A stretch of DNA of 64,000 bases, from assembly GCF_009914755.1 (NCBI RefSeq), contig NC_060937.1; one strand, written 5' to 3'. Origin of the DNA: the human T2T-CHM13v2.0 reference genome, Homo sapiens. Below the pieces are notes generated by a model. The model searched no databases. It was not told where the DNA came from and saw nothing but the letters and a program-made list of their open reading frames with translations. The position numbers and the translations under genes were made by a program. Positions 1 to 14,112 of this stretch are shown in pieces (the first letter of the stretch is position 1; the number at the start of each line of letters is the position of its first letter).

Positions 1-176
1 TACAAAAAATTACCCAGGTGTGGTGGCTCACACTTGTAGTCCTAGGTACTCAGGTGACTTAGGTGGGAGGATTGCTTGAGGTCAGGAGTTTGAGGCTGCA
101 GTGAGCCATGATTGTACCACTGGACTCCAGCCTGGGTGACAAAGCAAGACCTGTCTCTAAAATAAAGAAAAGAAAA
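1..176 (+). mobile_element. AluJ-type SINE, right arm and A-rich tail (cut by window start)
   Basis: GGGAGGATTGCTTGAG...GAGGCTGCAGTGAGCCATGATTG...CCAGCCTGGGTGACAAAGCAAGACCTGTCTC followed by an A-rich tail; AluJ-style diagnostics. Confidence 0.9.
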
Positions 177-1654
177 ACCTACATTAGTATAATAAACTTT
201 TATTTAACCATCATTACTTTAAACTATGGTCAACATAGTATCAGTCTTATGTAATTTACAATCTTACTCAATCCTAAGACTTAGATTATTTTAAAGAAAA
301 TCCAAAATGTCATATTCTTTCTACACAATTTTCATTTTTAAGTATTCTTGAAAGGACTAATTTTTAACATGACCATGATAATATTATAAAACATAAAAGT
401 TATTAATAGTAATCCTTGAATACATATCCAGTGTTCAAATATTCTTGATTACTATATTGCCACTTATTTGCATGCTATTTGTCAATAATTACTTTGTAAA
501 TTAAATTTTGAATGTCACAGTTCCTCTAAATTCTGCTCTATCATCTCCTTTTGAGGTTTCATTCACTTCTGTGACTTCAATGGCCACATAAATTAGATTT
601 ATTAATAAATACATAAAGATGATACAAATAATCATTTATTTTATTTTTATTTTACCCAGCATTCTATTTCATAATGATACTTTATTCTTAAAATATTATT
701 TTCAATGTATTATAGATAAAAATACATCTTTATGAAGCCAGTGATTTCTAATCTGCTCTTATGAGTATGTCCAGTTTTACACTGAATTGTAGAAATAGTA
801 TTAAAATGAGAGATTCAGCATCTTACTGATTTAAATATAACAATAACAAACAAGAGTCATTGAAAGGATAGTCTGAGAGACTTTTTACCTTGGTACTACT
901 TAGTGTTGCAATGAAAATGTCAATAGATACTTACAGTCACATTTGAAATTGTCCTACTAGTGTATGGAAAAAATAAATTACATGGTAATAGAGTTGCTAG
1001 AAACGTTAGAGTAAGAAAACATTAGTCAGCTTTCATGTGATATTTTAGGAGTAAGAAAGAATGAAATAAAATAGAAATATGGATTAAAATCACAAGTGTT
1101 AAAGATAACTGAATTTGTCTCTGTGCCTAGATGAAAATACCAGCCTGAGACAGAGAACTAGATATGAAAGATGAAAAAAAAATCCCAGCTGCACTGTAAC
1201 CATCAAAATTGAGCAGTATTCTACCTTATAATTGAGTCTCGGTGGCACAATTCTTACATCATTCACTATGACTGTTCCAATAAGCCCCTGTTAAAGTTAA
1301 CAGACTTGAACTCCACTGAAAATTCATCATCTAAACGTAAGCATTGGCTTAGTAGAATGGAACAGACGGATTTTTATGTGGGAAAGGGACAGTCAATTCT
1401 ACAAATTTTAATTAATCAGAAAGTTTTATGTCAGCACATTGTCTAGGATGTGTTCTAAAGAAAATTAGTGTGACAATATACATATATGAAAAAATGTAAA
1501 AAGAGAAATAACCCAACTATTCAGAAATTCTTTTGTAGTATTTATTCATAATACATAATTCACAAAACATAAGCAAATATGAAGGAGTATTTGAAACTAA
1601 TGAAATTTCAGCATTTTTTTATGGTCAGTAGAATTCAGTGGTTATTGCTAAACG

Positions 1655-1941
1655 TTTTTTTTGAGACAGTCTCCCTCTTTCGCCCAGGCTGGAGTGCAGT
1701 GGTGCGATCTAGGCTCACTGCAAGCTCCGCCTCCTGGGTTCACACCGTTCTCCTGCCTCAGCCTCCAGAGTAGCTGGGACTACAGGCACCTGCCACCACG
1801 CCTGGCTAATGTTTTGTATTTTTAGTAGAGACGGGGTTTCACCGTGTTAGCCAGGATGGTCTCGATCTCCTGACCTCGTGATCCACCCTCCTTAGTCTCC
1901 CGAAGTGCTGGGATTACAGGCGTGAGCCACCGCGCCCGGCC
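1655..1941 (-). mobile_element. AluY full length
   Basis: Antisense Alu with Y diagnostics (GCAAGCTCCGCC, CCGTGTTAGCCAGGATGGTCTCGATCTCCTGACCTCGTGATCC); TSD ATTGCTAAAC 1644-1653 / ATCGCTAAAC 1942-1951. Confidence 0.95.
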
Positions 1942-4900
1942 ATCGCTAAACTTTTTATATCTTTGATTAGAATACTTTTCAGGAAAAATTGAGAATAAAA
2001 GTTTAAATTAAATTGAGAATAAAAGATGTAAATTTGATACAAGTTTTTAAATTATAAAATATTCATATGGGTTTTATTAATTGAAATTACAATATATATT
2101 CATACAATATAGAAATAGCAAAAAATGCAAATAAGCACTTTCATATCTGGTGAATATAGATTAAAATTTCCAGTTAACCTAGTAGTTACTTATTTTGCTC
2201 TATCTTATATGATTTTCCTGCTGAAAATAACATTGAAAATAATGGCTATTGATTTGCTCTCAAATTCTAAATTCTGCTGCTCGAATTAATATTTCATATG
2301 TGTAAGTGTACATTCATATATGCACGCATTTACATATCTTATATGTAATTAATCTTATAATTTATATTGAGACTTTTTAATAATAATAACTTTGTATTGC
2401 TATGATCATAGTCTTTGACATAATGTTTTCTCAGACAAACACAATAATTAACTTAGAGAAAACTAAACATTAGAATAAAATCTTCCGGATACTGGAAGTT
2501 TTAATCATACCGAGAACATTGCAAAAGCCCCTCTTTCTTTATTGACCACATTTGATATAAAGATAAGGAGATTATGAAAAAGGTTACCAGAAAAAAAAAA
2601 CTTTAAGGGAGGACAACCTAAGAAACTGAAAGAAGAAAAACAAATGAGAGGAAAATATGAAAGGAAAAAGAGTATATGGAAGGTGATAAGGTGTTTGTTT
2701 CTCCTTGGGAAAGATGGAAATAATTTTTAAATTCTTGAGTAAAACTAAATAAATGCCTTCTCTTACTAATCTATAGCAGTATCGATGTCATGCATGTGAT
2801 AATAGCTGCACAGTCATGGAATGCAGCAGGGAGTTATGGAACTAGGAGAAGGTAACATTAAGGTGGAGCAATCTTAGACCCTGGGGAAAGTTAGTGACAC
2901 AAACTAGAAAATGCATATGGCAGGTGAATGCCCCTCATGCTCATTGCTGTGATTCAAAGTGGGATTATCAGATTTGTGGGCCAAAATATCAGTTTAAATA
3001 GTCTATCCAGAAACATCCAGTCTCTAAGAGGTTAAATAAACCAAGGAGTAATAATGTAGATGAAAGAAAACCAACATACTGATATGCATAACATGATGAT
3101 AAAAAATGATCCATAAAAAGTCTTCAACACCTCAGACAATGTTTACAACATGCAATCAATCTTTTATTGGTGAATTAAAATAAACCACAATTACCAAGTA
3201 TACCACTTTCTGATCATTGCCTTCTGTTCTATAAATGCTCTCTGTACTGTAATATTTAAATAGGGATAAAAATATCATTACAATTTTCATTGGTGAGAAT
3301 GAACTCACAGCCTGGAGAATCAAAAGAAGATCAAAATAATTGGTATAGTAAGGCTAAAAAAAAAAGAATCAAATACATATGTAGAGAAACACGGCCTTGT
3401 GTTTTTACTTTTTGAATCCTGAACTACTAGATGACATGTAAAACCCATATATTCATGCAATTAAATATTAAAAGCATATTATATTTTTTGACCAGCATCT
3501 CCCTTAAACAGCATTTCTCCAGTTATTGTAGTTGCTGTTTTTTAAGATCTATGAGCTGAGCCCCAATAAGAGAAACAGTTAAAGAGAGTGAAGGAGACTA
3601 AAAGAGTAACATCCGTACTCGGATGGAAGAGTCTATGGATAAATTAGGAAGCTCCCCTTTGAGGGCTACTTATTTCACCAAAAACAAACCCATGCTTGCT
3701 TAATTTTCTGTAGATAATTTTGAGAGAAAGACAAGAGGGAAAAATCTAACTCATAAAAATAGATGTAGTCATAGGGCAAGAACAATTCTGAAAGGTTAAA
3801 CTTTACTTACAAATCTTTAGTATTTAGCCCTCCAGTAAAAACCTAAAGTTATAGTTAAAATGTTCAAATAAATTTATTGGAGACTCAAGGAGGACTACCT
3901 ATATCATTTTGGGGAGAAACTTCCCTTATTCAAATGGAGATTTAAATAAAAATATTTTGATTAATAAGCAGAAAATAAACAAAAACCAGGTGAATAATAC
4001 ATTTTGGAAGGAGAATATTCCAGGAAACAACAATAAAAAAATTCAATATCCCTAAAAAATTAAAATGGCAAGTATAAACTGAAATAAAGGACCATAAAAG
4101 CAATTAATAAAACAGCACAAATTAACAAGATTATTCTCTTCCATTTCCAGAGAAAGATTACAAGGGAAAATATGAAAATTAAAAATATATAAAATATTAG
4201 ATTTTAAAAATGTAATAAATAGACATCAAACATACTACATCAAAGAAAAAATTAAATTATAAATAAACTTAAGTCATAAAATAAATTTTATATTTGAATA
4301 TATTTACTTATTTCACCTTTCACTACCACTAACTTTTCTTTCTTAGGAGATAAATCCAAAGATTTACTAATAAAGTTTACTAGCATTTTACAATTTCGTT
4401 ATTGATAATATTCATATATTTTCATATATAAAACTTGAAGTATATAAATGAGGTGTGTATTCAACTCAATAAGCTGAAAAGAAACAGAATGTGTGACTTA
4501 TTTGGACTAAACTCTGTGTTTAATTAATGAATATAGAAAGGAAGCTCAACCTCACAGTGGCTCAGGGTTATGATTTCCGTACCTCAACAAATTATGGTTT
4601 AATAACTAGTCCAGATGTTTGATACTCTATGACTGTAATCTCCATGATGGCAGTTTAAAGTTTTTTTATAATTGTATATTTTTCACTTGGCATCAGGTTG
4701 TTATTTTCTATGTTTATTTCTTTATTTTTCAAAATTTTAGCTACAGCTAAAATAACAGCTTTAAAAATTGCTTATCCAACATTACATCACCCATCATCTT
4801 ATCACTGATTCATTGACTGTTTTATAATATTGTTAGGAATATGTTTTCATATATTTAGTGGCTTCACACATGGTTTGTATTTAAAGGTATTTTGGATTGT

Positions 4901-5399
4901 GTAAGTAGTAAGCTGTTCTTTTCTGATTATTTGACAGTGATTTCCCTCTTTGTCTAAATCCTTTTGTCCTCGATGACTTGGCATGCTCTTTATTTATGCC
5001 TGTTACCCCAGATGTATAAAACATACACATTACTTACATAAGAAACAAAATAGCCATGCATATATCATCACTCCCAGAATTCTTATATCATTTGAAATAA
5101 ATTCATCCAGCTGTAACTTTTATAAAACACATAGCCTTTTTACACTGTATATTTTCTCTTGTAGTAGTGATGGTTGTGATAGTGGTTTAACTTTTAATTT
5201 TTCACCTTGCCTCTTCAAACAAACTCTAACAACCTCAAAAGCATTCAGCATTTCTAAATACATCTGGATTTTTTTCTTCCTCTGAGACGTGGAAATAGCT
5301 ATTCTCTAATAGGTGTCAAAAATGCTGCTGGTTTGGGGTCATTCATTATTTTGGATATCTATCTATCTATTAATCTGTCTATCTAGTAGTCATATATTC

Positions 5400-5877
5400 T
5401 TTTAAAGAAAAAAATTACTTGGTGACACTTGTTAAGCCACTTTAAGAAATACTTCATTCAGTACCATTGTGTTAGATATAGGGACCAAGGCAATGGTATT
5501 TTTTACAGTGGAGCAGAGTTTGGGCTCTACTTGAATACAACAAGAGCTAGTGGCAATCTATAGGCAAGGACCAGGGTGATCAGTGGATTTCCAAAGAGGA
5601 AACATTAGGGTTGAGGGAATTCTAGTTACTCTGAACTAACCAGATTCTTACTGAAGACAGGCCAGGGTGATCAGAGAGCGGAGGCCTGGAGGATGGCGTA
5701 GGATGAGGAACTTGATCAGATATTGACACTGATCAGGAAATGAGGCTGGGAGTGCTTGCCATAGTGACTTAACCGGGTTATTTGCTAAGACTGGATTATA
5801 CATGGAAGTATTCACATGGTTCTTGAAGAAGTTTCAGAAGCCTGACTAAAGTTTCTCCAAGCACAAAATCTTTGTCA
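5400..5877 (-). mobile_element. ERV1 solo LTR, MER31-like
   Basis: Minus strand starts TGACAAAGATTTTGTGCTTGGAGAAACTTTAGTCAGGCTTC and ends ...AACAAGTGTCACCAAGTAATTTTTTTCTTTAAA, matching recalled MER31 termini. Confidence 0.75.
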
Positions 5878-6239
5878 GTTCATACTGATTTTTCAAAAAT
5901 AAAACCTTATATTGCTGCATCATATTTTTATCTCAGAATATTGTTTAATACATCTCTAAGAAATTTTATTATATTTGCTATACTTTTCTATAAAGAAAAT
6001 ACAGTTTTCTTGCATTTTCTATACTTGCCTGTAGAAAAAGTGGTAGACTTGAATTGATGAGAAAACTAGGGAAAATATAATGTAAATTAATTTGAGGAGG
6101 ATATAGCCACAGAAAACCTTAACATACTATTATCAAGTAAAACAGGAAGGAGTGAGTAAATAAATAATGGTTTACGAAAAAAATGAGGCAATAGGCCACT
6201 TAAATTCTCTGTGTATGAGTGGCTAGGAGTGAAAATGTT

Positions 6240-6610
6240 GAATTTCTGTTCATCTATTTCCTTGAGATGCTATGTTAGGTTGTTAATGTGTGATCTTTAT
6301 ATTTTTTTTATGTAGGCATTTAATGCCATAAAATTCCCTCTTAGCACTGCTTTTGCTGTATCCCACAGGTTTCAGTATGTTGTGTGTCTATTTGTTTCAA
6401 AACATTTTTAAATTCTCTTTTTAATTGCTTCATTGACCCAGTTCAGGAACTTTTTGGTCAGTTTCCATGTATTTGTATAGTTTCCAAATTTCTTCTTGGT
6501 ATTGATTTCTAGTTTTATTCTGCTATGATCTGAGAAGATATTTGATATGAGTTTGATTTTTAAAAATTTGTTGAGACTTGTTTTGTGGCCCATAATATAG
6601 TCTAATATAT
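6240..6610 (-). mobile_element. Old L1 (L1M) ORF2 endonuclease-region fragment
   Basis: ORF 6408-6620(-) reads IMGHKTSLNKF...FSDHSRIKLEIN...YTNTWKL, the L1 ORF2 EN C-terminal motif. Confidence 0.9.
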
Positions 6611-8129
6611 ATTCTATCAATGGTGAAATAATAATACATAGATATCAATACTAAACAATGTCCATATCCATTGTTAATGGAAAGGCAAAAAACAAATCAG
6701 TTTTAAAACATTAGAAATGGTTTCTATAAAATAATCATCATCATCATGTTAAAAACAGAATCTTGATAGAAAATAGTAAATATGTGCAAATATAAATCAA
6801 ATTGTTTTTCTCTGATAAGAGCCTCTTAGACTTGAATGGAATTTTTACTTTCTATCTATGATAGTTCTATTTGCTTTTTAAAAAATTGTGTATCTTATTC
6901 TATAATTAAGCATTTGATCTAATATAATTTTCAAAAATATTATAAAACAAGTTATGAAACGAGCTAGATTATAAAAGGAAATGAAAATGTTTTACATAAA
7001 ACCTTTAATAGATCATAGTGGGAGATTATGAAGATGTGAGAAGGAGTAAAATAACTTTGTCAGATTTCAAAGTAATTTTTTGAGATGTCTCATCCTCTTG
7101 CTGCCCTTTTCCTACTTTCCAGCATCTTTATAATACAGGCTACATATTTTACTCCAACTATGGACAGCCTATGTTCTGGTTGTAGTCACAACATTTATGC
7201 TTCATATCTGAAAGCAGTGAAGTGAATCTAAGAGAAGCAAGAAGAAGCTAAAGAGCAAGCTTCTCAAAATGTGTCTGCAGCCTTTGGGAAGTTGACATGA
7301 AGAAAGGTACATGAAGTAGAGGGATACATGACTTTTTTTCAGTAAATGAAAAGGTTATAGTCCTTGAATCAGAGCATATGATTTGACAGCAGCTGTTATA
7401 ATTTTAATTTTTTTGAGACATGATCGCTTTGGGTAAAAACTAATTATGTTTAAGAAACTTAATTATAAGTTTCTAATTTATTTTCCAGTTTTTCTGGAAT
7501 AAAAGACTCCTTACAATCAGTCTATTAAACACTTTTAGATTCATATTTTGAACAAATTTATATTATATGAAAAAGTAGAATATCACCTGTGTATCCACTG
7601 AAGCTTCAGTTTGTTGTGGCCAATGTTCCTATCTTTGATACAGAAATAAAAGTTTACTCTGTCCATCTTAATTTGATTAGTTCTTGCAAAGTTAATCTTA
7701 TTTCCATCACTCTCAAATTATTGGGAAGTACCCCATTATTTTCCAAATCACAGCCTGTAAATCATGTGACATACATTTATCGGCAAATCAAAAGTACAGA
7801 ATAGCTTTGGTAATTGTGACATTAATAAACCATTTACTATTAAATAATATGTATATGTTATTATCTTTAAAATAGTCCGGGAGTGAATTTAAAACTACTC
7901 TTTTCTTTGCATTTGGTAAATATGCTCTACACAATGTGATTTCTTTTTTGGCCATTGTCTATATATTTTTTTCTCAATTTGAATTATACCCTCTCTTTAG
8001 GCTTGAGATACACTTATTTTAGTATTGAGACATACTAATTTTTCAGCTTCAAGCAAGAACCATACTATTTCTCACATTTGTGTAAATTGTTCTTCCATAG
8101 CCTTCAGTAGATTTGTTTCCCGTTCCATA

Positions 8130-8290
8130 ACCATGTATAGCACTTTACATGTAATTGAAGCAGTCGTAAGGCTGATTTATTTGTGAATTTTCCGTACTTG
8201 TTTTATTTGTGAATTTTCCCTAGTATTTACATGTGATGAGTGTTTGTCCATCACTGTATCCCCAATCAGAAGCTAACATATAGCAGACAT
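8130..8290 (+). mobile_element. L2 3'-end relic
   Basis: ...TTTGTCCATCACTGTATCCCCAA...ACATATAGCAGACAT resembles the L2 3' terminus. Confidence 0.45.
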
Positions 8291-8799
8291 AAAAATATAT
8301 AAAAATAAAATAATATATAGGGTGAAACACTCAAAATTATCAAGAAGGAAAGATAAATATTTTAACATCTATTTTTCTAATGTATTTAATGGCCAATATT
8401 TAGTTATTTATATTTTTAAAAGAATATATTGCTTCCAATAAGATAGTGCATCAATAACTAGGATTGATTCTCTTTTTTAAAAAGTGAATACTACTTACAA
8501 TAGATTTTATAAAATTAGAATCATCAATGATCTTGAAAGAAAGTTAAGAATGATGAAGAGAGGTTTAAGCAAAGGTTTAAATTTGCATATGTAAGAGGAA
8601 AATGACATAAAACTTGCACACTGAGAATATTTGCTGAACTCAATGAACTCTAGACTTGAGACCTCATTGAGCATGGGGTAAAAATATAAATTCAAGAGCT
8701 CACTGAAAATAGGAAAGCTAATAAGATATTCTCTCCTGTAAAGATATCAGTACAAGGGTACAATGAGAACAGTGATCATCTGCAGGCTATGAGAAAACT

Positions 8800-8841
8800 T
8801 ATATATATATATATGTATATTTATATATATAAATATATATA
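8800..8841. repeat. Imperfect (TA)n microsatellite
   Basis: Direct reading of TATATA runs. Confidence 0.85.
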
Positions 8842-10464
8842 ATTTAGCACTGAACATATAGCGAAATTTGCTTAACTATATAATCTGATTTTATACTTTT
8901 TGGTGGCTTGGTACCTCTGGTAGAAATTCAGCTTAACATAATCCCAGCATAGTATCTCACCAAAATAAATTAGAAGAAATAAAAACAATCTTTTCTCAGG
9001 AAATACTTTTACGTAGTAAAGATTTTAATGAATAAAATTCCCAGAAAAATTAGCGGTGCATGAAAAGAATGCATCTATATATTTCCATATGTATATTTCC
9101 ATATACGTGGAAATAAGGTACTATGATCTAGAACCAAGATAAACAATAAACAAAGAAAATAGATTTAAATGTATTTTAAGTGATGACATTAGCAGACACA
9201 GATTACAAATAAATAAAATATGAATTTTTTTAAAAATAAACATGCTTGACCATATTCACAGGGAAGCAAAAACTGCAAATAATGACAAGCATAATTTGAA
9301 AAAACACTGGAGAAACATGCAATAATAAACAAAAAATATATTATTTGATATGAAGAGTCTACAAATTGACCTAATTGATGTATTATGTACAACATCTGGC
9401 AAACATACTGAAAACATAATTGGAGGAAAATTACACAGAAGAAATTACACAGAATGAAACCAGAGAGAAAAATAAGAGAAGAAGATATGAATAATTGATT
9501 AAGATACATAGAGTATGGAGGGAGAAGACATAACATAAATTTTATCTAGAGTTCCAGAAGGGAAGGAGAGAGAGAAAGAGAAGAGGGAACAAAAAAAATT
9601 GAAAACATAATATCAGGAAAATTCATGAAAAAAAAATGAAACCACGGATTCATGAAGCTGAACCAGTTCCAGAAAGAAAAATAGAAAAGGAATATAAATC
9701 ACACTAAAAATAATTACTGCATCTCTAACAAGGTAGTGCCTATACTGCTGGTCTGGAGATGACACTTTAAGAACCACAAACATAAAGAAGATATAGCATG
9801 GAAGAGACAAAGAGAAGATCTAAAATCAGCTTCATGTAGAGGAAAATGGTTTCAGAAAAATAAGATATAAAGTACACTGGAGAAAAAGAACAAAAAGAGT
9901 GCTAAATGTATAGGTAAAACTAAATGAACATTGCCTGTATAAATTGCTAATAATCACTTACTGAGGATCTTAAAATTAAACAACCTAACATGAAAACATA
10001 CAATAAGAGAATATGTTAGAAAACTCATAAATTCAGATATTGTTTTATATTGTTCATAAAGAGGATAATCATTTACATTGTACTCTAATTAGATCAACAT
10101 ACTTGCTGTAATTATTTAGCTATTTACTAAAGAAATTGTCTTAGAGAATGTAACTCAAAAGAGTAGTAGGAATAATTGAATAATTAAATGTATAATTTTT
10201 CAAAATGAGTGCAAGAAAGAAAAATATATATGAAACAAGAAGACAGGTATATAAAATATGATGCCAACTAAACAAAATAACGTATTAATAATTATAATTA
10301 ATTGGATGTACTCAATGCTTCAGTAGAGAACAAATTTAATGAACTACCTTAAAAATTCAACTATTAAAGGCACAAATGAAGCCTAAGTGTAAACAGTTTG
10401 AATTCAAAGCATTAGATCAAATTGCACCATTCTAAACCAAATTCTAACCAAAAAAGGACTGGTG

Positions 10465-11445
10465 GGTTAAGTGTATCCTAAAGTTACCTCCTTACATATT
10501 TTAAGCTGAGCCTAAAGGTTTCTTGGTACAAAGTAAGCTGAAACCTGAGTGTGTAAACAGGAGGTAACCTACTCTTATGAGGATCACCAAGTTTTGACCA
10601 ATCAAAGTGGCCAACTATTTAAACCACGTTCAAATAAGGCAAATACCAAGTGGTAAGCCATCTAGCTGTTTCTGTACCTCAATTGTATTTTCTGTGTGTC
10701 ACTTTCCTTTTTCTGTCTATAAATCTTCTACCATGTGGCTGTGCTGGAGTTTTTCTGAACCTACTCTTGTAACTGAGTTCCTCCATTTTTCTAAGAGATA
10801 GTTTTGTTGTTGTTGTTGTTTTTCTTCTTCTTCTCTTCTTTTCTCCTTTCTCTTTTCTCTCTAATTTCCACTTTGTCCTTTTTGAAATGCAACATAACCT
10901 CTCACTTCCCCCTCACCAGACATTCCCTATAGGGCAAGTTCCTCTGTGTGTTTCCAGAGGGATCTCTTCCTCAGAGTTGACAGTGATTTGCAGATCAAAG
11001 AATGTCCCCAGGGAACCCCCACCTCCAGAGGGCTGCCCCAGGAGGACCTACTGAAAGCATGCTCACCAGTTCACTTTTACAACTTACTTCTGCCCAGGAA
11101 GGCACCAACTCAACTCTCATGTCCAGTAGATAAAGCAGGGGCTAGCAGAGGATCCCTGCCCTTGCTCATTTCCTCCCCTACATTATAAAATGCCTGCTTT
11201 TTCTCCAAAGGGGAAGCAGCACATTTAAAGCAAGACCTTCTGTGCCCCTTCTTCAAGCTAGCTTTGGAAATAAATTCACTTTTCTTGTACCAGTCTCCAC
11301 TGTTTTTAATGGGACTCTACATGTGGCAAGCGACTAACCTGCTTTTCAGTTACACTCTGGCTCTACGCCCACCCAATTCATGAGTTGTTCTTTGCCCAGT
11401 TAAACTCTGTTTAATTCAGTTTGTCTATGTGTTTTTTTTTAAATA
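10465..11445 (+). mobile_element. MER57-family ERV1 solo LTR, split by a nested LTR
   Basis: CCTCCTTACATATTTTAAG...CCTAAAGGTTTC...GTTCAAATAAGGCAAA...CTGTTTCTGTACCTC; the LTR resumes at 11355 (CTCTGGCTC...TAAACTCTGT). Confidence 0.85.
10768..11354 (+). mobile_element. Complete ERV1-type solo LTR (LTR24-like, family uncertain) nested in MER57
   Basis: Terminal inverted repeats TGTAACTGA...TCAGTTACA; 4-bp TSD CTCT at 10764-10767 and 11355-11358; internal TATAAAA (about 11184) and AATAAA (about 11269). Confidence 0.85.
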
Positions 11446-11573
11446 AAAGATGGTACTATATTAAACTAAAATAAAATAGACTTCTAGTTATAAAATATTG
11501 TTAGAAAAATAATATAATAAAATATCCTACTAAAATAATAATTTAGAATGTATAACATAATTTCAAAACATAT

Positions 11574-12110
11574 TGAATTAAATAAAAATATTTTACCCCA
11601 AAATATATTTCTTCGACATTATTTTAAAATGGCTAACACAGGGCCAGATTCTTCTGTAGAGAATCTCCATTAATGTAGCCAGGAATTCCCTATCTAGGCC
11701 TTTCCAGGATCTAGAAAACTTTACTGGAGTATGATATCTTTAAAAGTCCAAAACGAAACATTTACCATCTATTCTCTCTGAGAGTTGCTATCTATGAGGC
11801 TTCATCTACATAACACCACCCCTTTGCTAATCAAGCCTCTTCTCTTCTCCCTCTCTTAACCTGTCTTGCCACTAGAACCTGATTTATCAACATAACACGG
11901 TTTTGGCTATGCTCTGAGCCTGCATTATTTCTGTAACCTCAAGATGGTATATAAGCTTCTGTACTTTACTGAGGAGTTGGATCATCATTCTGAAAGCTTT
12001 GTGTATACATGTTAAATAGATTTACATGGTTTTTCTTCTATTAATCAATCTGCCTAATGTCAGTGATTTTTCATTGAACCTTTAGGGAGCCAACAGCCTT
12101 GGCCCCCACG
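11574..12110 (+). mobile_element. MER4-group ERV1 solo LTR (LTR49/LTR29/LTR48-like)
   Basis: Starts TGAA...AAAATATTTTACCCCAAAATATATTTCTT and ends GAACCTTTAGGG...GGCCCCCACG; near-TSD ATAT/ATAC. Confidence 0.75.
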
Positions 12111-12744
12111 ATACACAGGATATATTCTATATCCTGATAGAATTGCTGGAGAAAAATACAAACATCTATAATCGGAGTAAAAGATATTGACATAACTCTC
12201 TCCCAGTAACTGATAGAAAAAGGACACAAAATTTCAGTGAGAGTAAAGATAATTTGCATAATAGGAATAAAGGAATAACATTTGTTTAAAATGTTTATGT
12301 GCAGAACACTGTACTCCCAAAATAGCAGAATAAACACTGTTTTCATGTATGCATAAGGAATTTACCAAAATTTACCAAGTATTTGGACATAAATTTTGAC
12401 CAAACAAATGTCAAAGGATTTACACAAAAAATGAACGTATTTATGACAGGAATAAAAGTTTGCTAAAAATTAATTGCAGAATGTTAACTAGAAAATTATT
12501 TGTTTGAAAATAAGTAATGCCACAAAGAAAAACTCATAATGTAATGGGAAAATGTTTAGGACTTAACAATAATGAGGATACTATAAATCAAAAACCTATG
12601 AGATACAGCTAAGGGTACTTACAGGGAAAGTTACTCTTTTGTGCAATGGTGAGGGGTCTCTTTGGCTTCCTCAAAGAACATCTTTTGCAGCTTCTCCAGC
12701 CATTTCCCAGTGAATTATCTACTTCAATATTGCAGTTCAACTTT

Positions 12745-13276
12745 GACTATCAGATAAGCAATAGTTTCCTGAAGCTTGCTAACCTGGGCAAGGACCAAGC
12801 CGGCTTTAAGATTCCTCCTCTACTTAGATAGATTTCTTCCTGATTCTAGGCTTCTAACCTCACTTTTCTTAGAGCACTTATCTCAGAAAATGTGTATTTG
12901 AAGATTCTTTCTCTGACTCTTTGAAATGTAAATTTTCTACAATCCAGGAATGTCTTTCTCAAGGACCTGGGAGCCATCCCTTTGAAATATAATCATCAAG
13001 ACAGATAGTGCCCTGTCTCTCAGTCTCTGTGGGAGGGTAGAAACCTAACTTTGAAGAGGAACAATTAGCGAACAGGGATGGCCTAATCACATTGACCAAC
13101 TTAAATGTCCTACAGTACTTTGCCATGAGCTAATCCCAGCATTTAACTATCCACCTGCCTTTTGTTTCAGGGAAGTTGAGTTCAATGCCTCTCCCTTATG
13201 TGCAAAGTCTTGAATAATAGTCTCGAAAAATTGTCCAGTTCTATTCAACTTTCAGTGTGATTTTTTTCTTCTGACA
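12745..13276 (+). mobile_element. MER4-group ERV1 LTR (MER67/MER89/MER90-like)
   Basis: TTTCTCAAGGACCTGGGAGCCATCCCTTTGAAAT...CAGTCTCTGTGGGAGGGTAG...; ends TTTCTTCTGACA; 5' boundary approximate. Confidence 0.65.
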
Positions 13277-13828
13277 GTAGCAGCAACAACTTCCTGAAAT
13301 TCTGAACCACAGTTGCAGTCATGGCCTTTCTTGAATATTACCCCTCTAGCTCATTAGATAATTTTATAATTATCTTATTCTCTACATAAAAATCTATTCA
13401 TCTTTGAAAGACCTAGAGTTCTGTTTAACAACAGCAAAAAAAAAAAAAAAAAGAATTTAAATAAAAAAGAGGAAATCTAGATCTTCCAAAGAAGAGTCGA
13501 CTTAGAATTTTTAAATGAAAGCCACTTTAACCTTAACACAATTTTTAAAAATTCCTCTTTTAGCCATACTAGGAAAAATGGAGACCAGGGTGAGCATTAC
13601 TTAATATAATAGGAAGCTCTTGAGTTGGTAAAGCAATGAGAGACCAAATGATAGTTTTTCTCCCTTCATTTTCACATGTCACAGTAAAAATCAGAATGTT
13701 TAATTAAAAAAAATCATCTGGGTAAAATCAATTATTCTTTGGTACATCAAGACTTAAAGACTCTCAATATTGGAAGCTGTTCATCTTAGAATACGTGGAT
13801 AAAGATGCTCAAATTAGAGGGATCATTC

Positions 13829-13838
13829 CAAGATGGCC
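13829..13838 (+). promoter_or_regulatory. YY1 site of the L1 internal sense promoter
   Basis: CAAGATGGCC at the L1 5' end, the canonical L1 YY1 element; neighbouring CpGs are largely decayed. Confidence 0.75.
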
Positions 13839-14112
13839 ACATAGGAACAGCTCCGTTCTACAGCTCCCAGAGTGATCGACACAGAAGAGGGGTGATTTCT
13901 GCATTTCCAACTGAGGTACCTGGTTCATCTCACTGAGACTTGTTGGACAGTGGGTGCAGCCCACGGAGGGCAAGCTGAAGCAGGGCGGGGCATCGCCTCA
14001 CCCAGGAAGCTCAAGTGGTCGCGGGATTTCCCTTTCCTAGCCAAGGGAAGCCATACAGGGTACCCGGAATATTGAAACAATCCCGCCTTAATACTGTGCT
14101 TTTCCAAACGTC

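Larger units (their letters stand above)
9150..12635 (+). mobile_element. Highly diverged L1M (L1ME/MD-like) ORF1-ORF2 start, interrupted by three LTR insertions
   Basis: A-rich L1-like text (GAAATTACACAGAATGAA, GAGTTCCAGAAGGGAAGGAGAGA, CTATATTAAACTAAAATAAAATAGACTT, GAGATACAGCTAAGGGTACTTACAGGGAAA) resumes after each LTR; boundaries approximate. Confidence 0.6.

Noticed and set aside
1986-2025. 16-bp direct repeat AAATTGAGAATAAAAG, and similar short repeats or hairpins near 7450, 8180, 9080 and 46060
   Set aside because: Short slippage products expected in very AT-rich DNA
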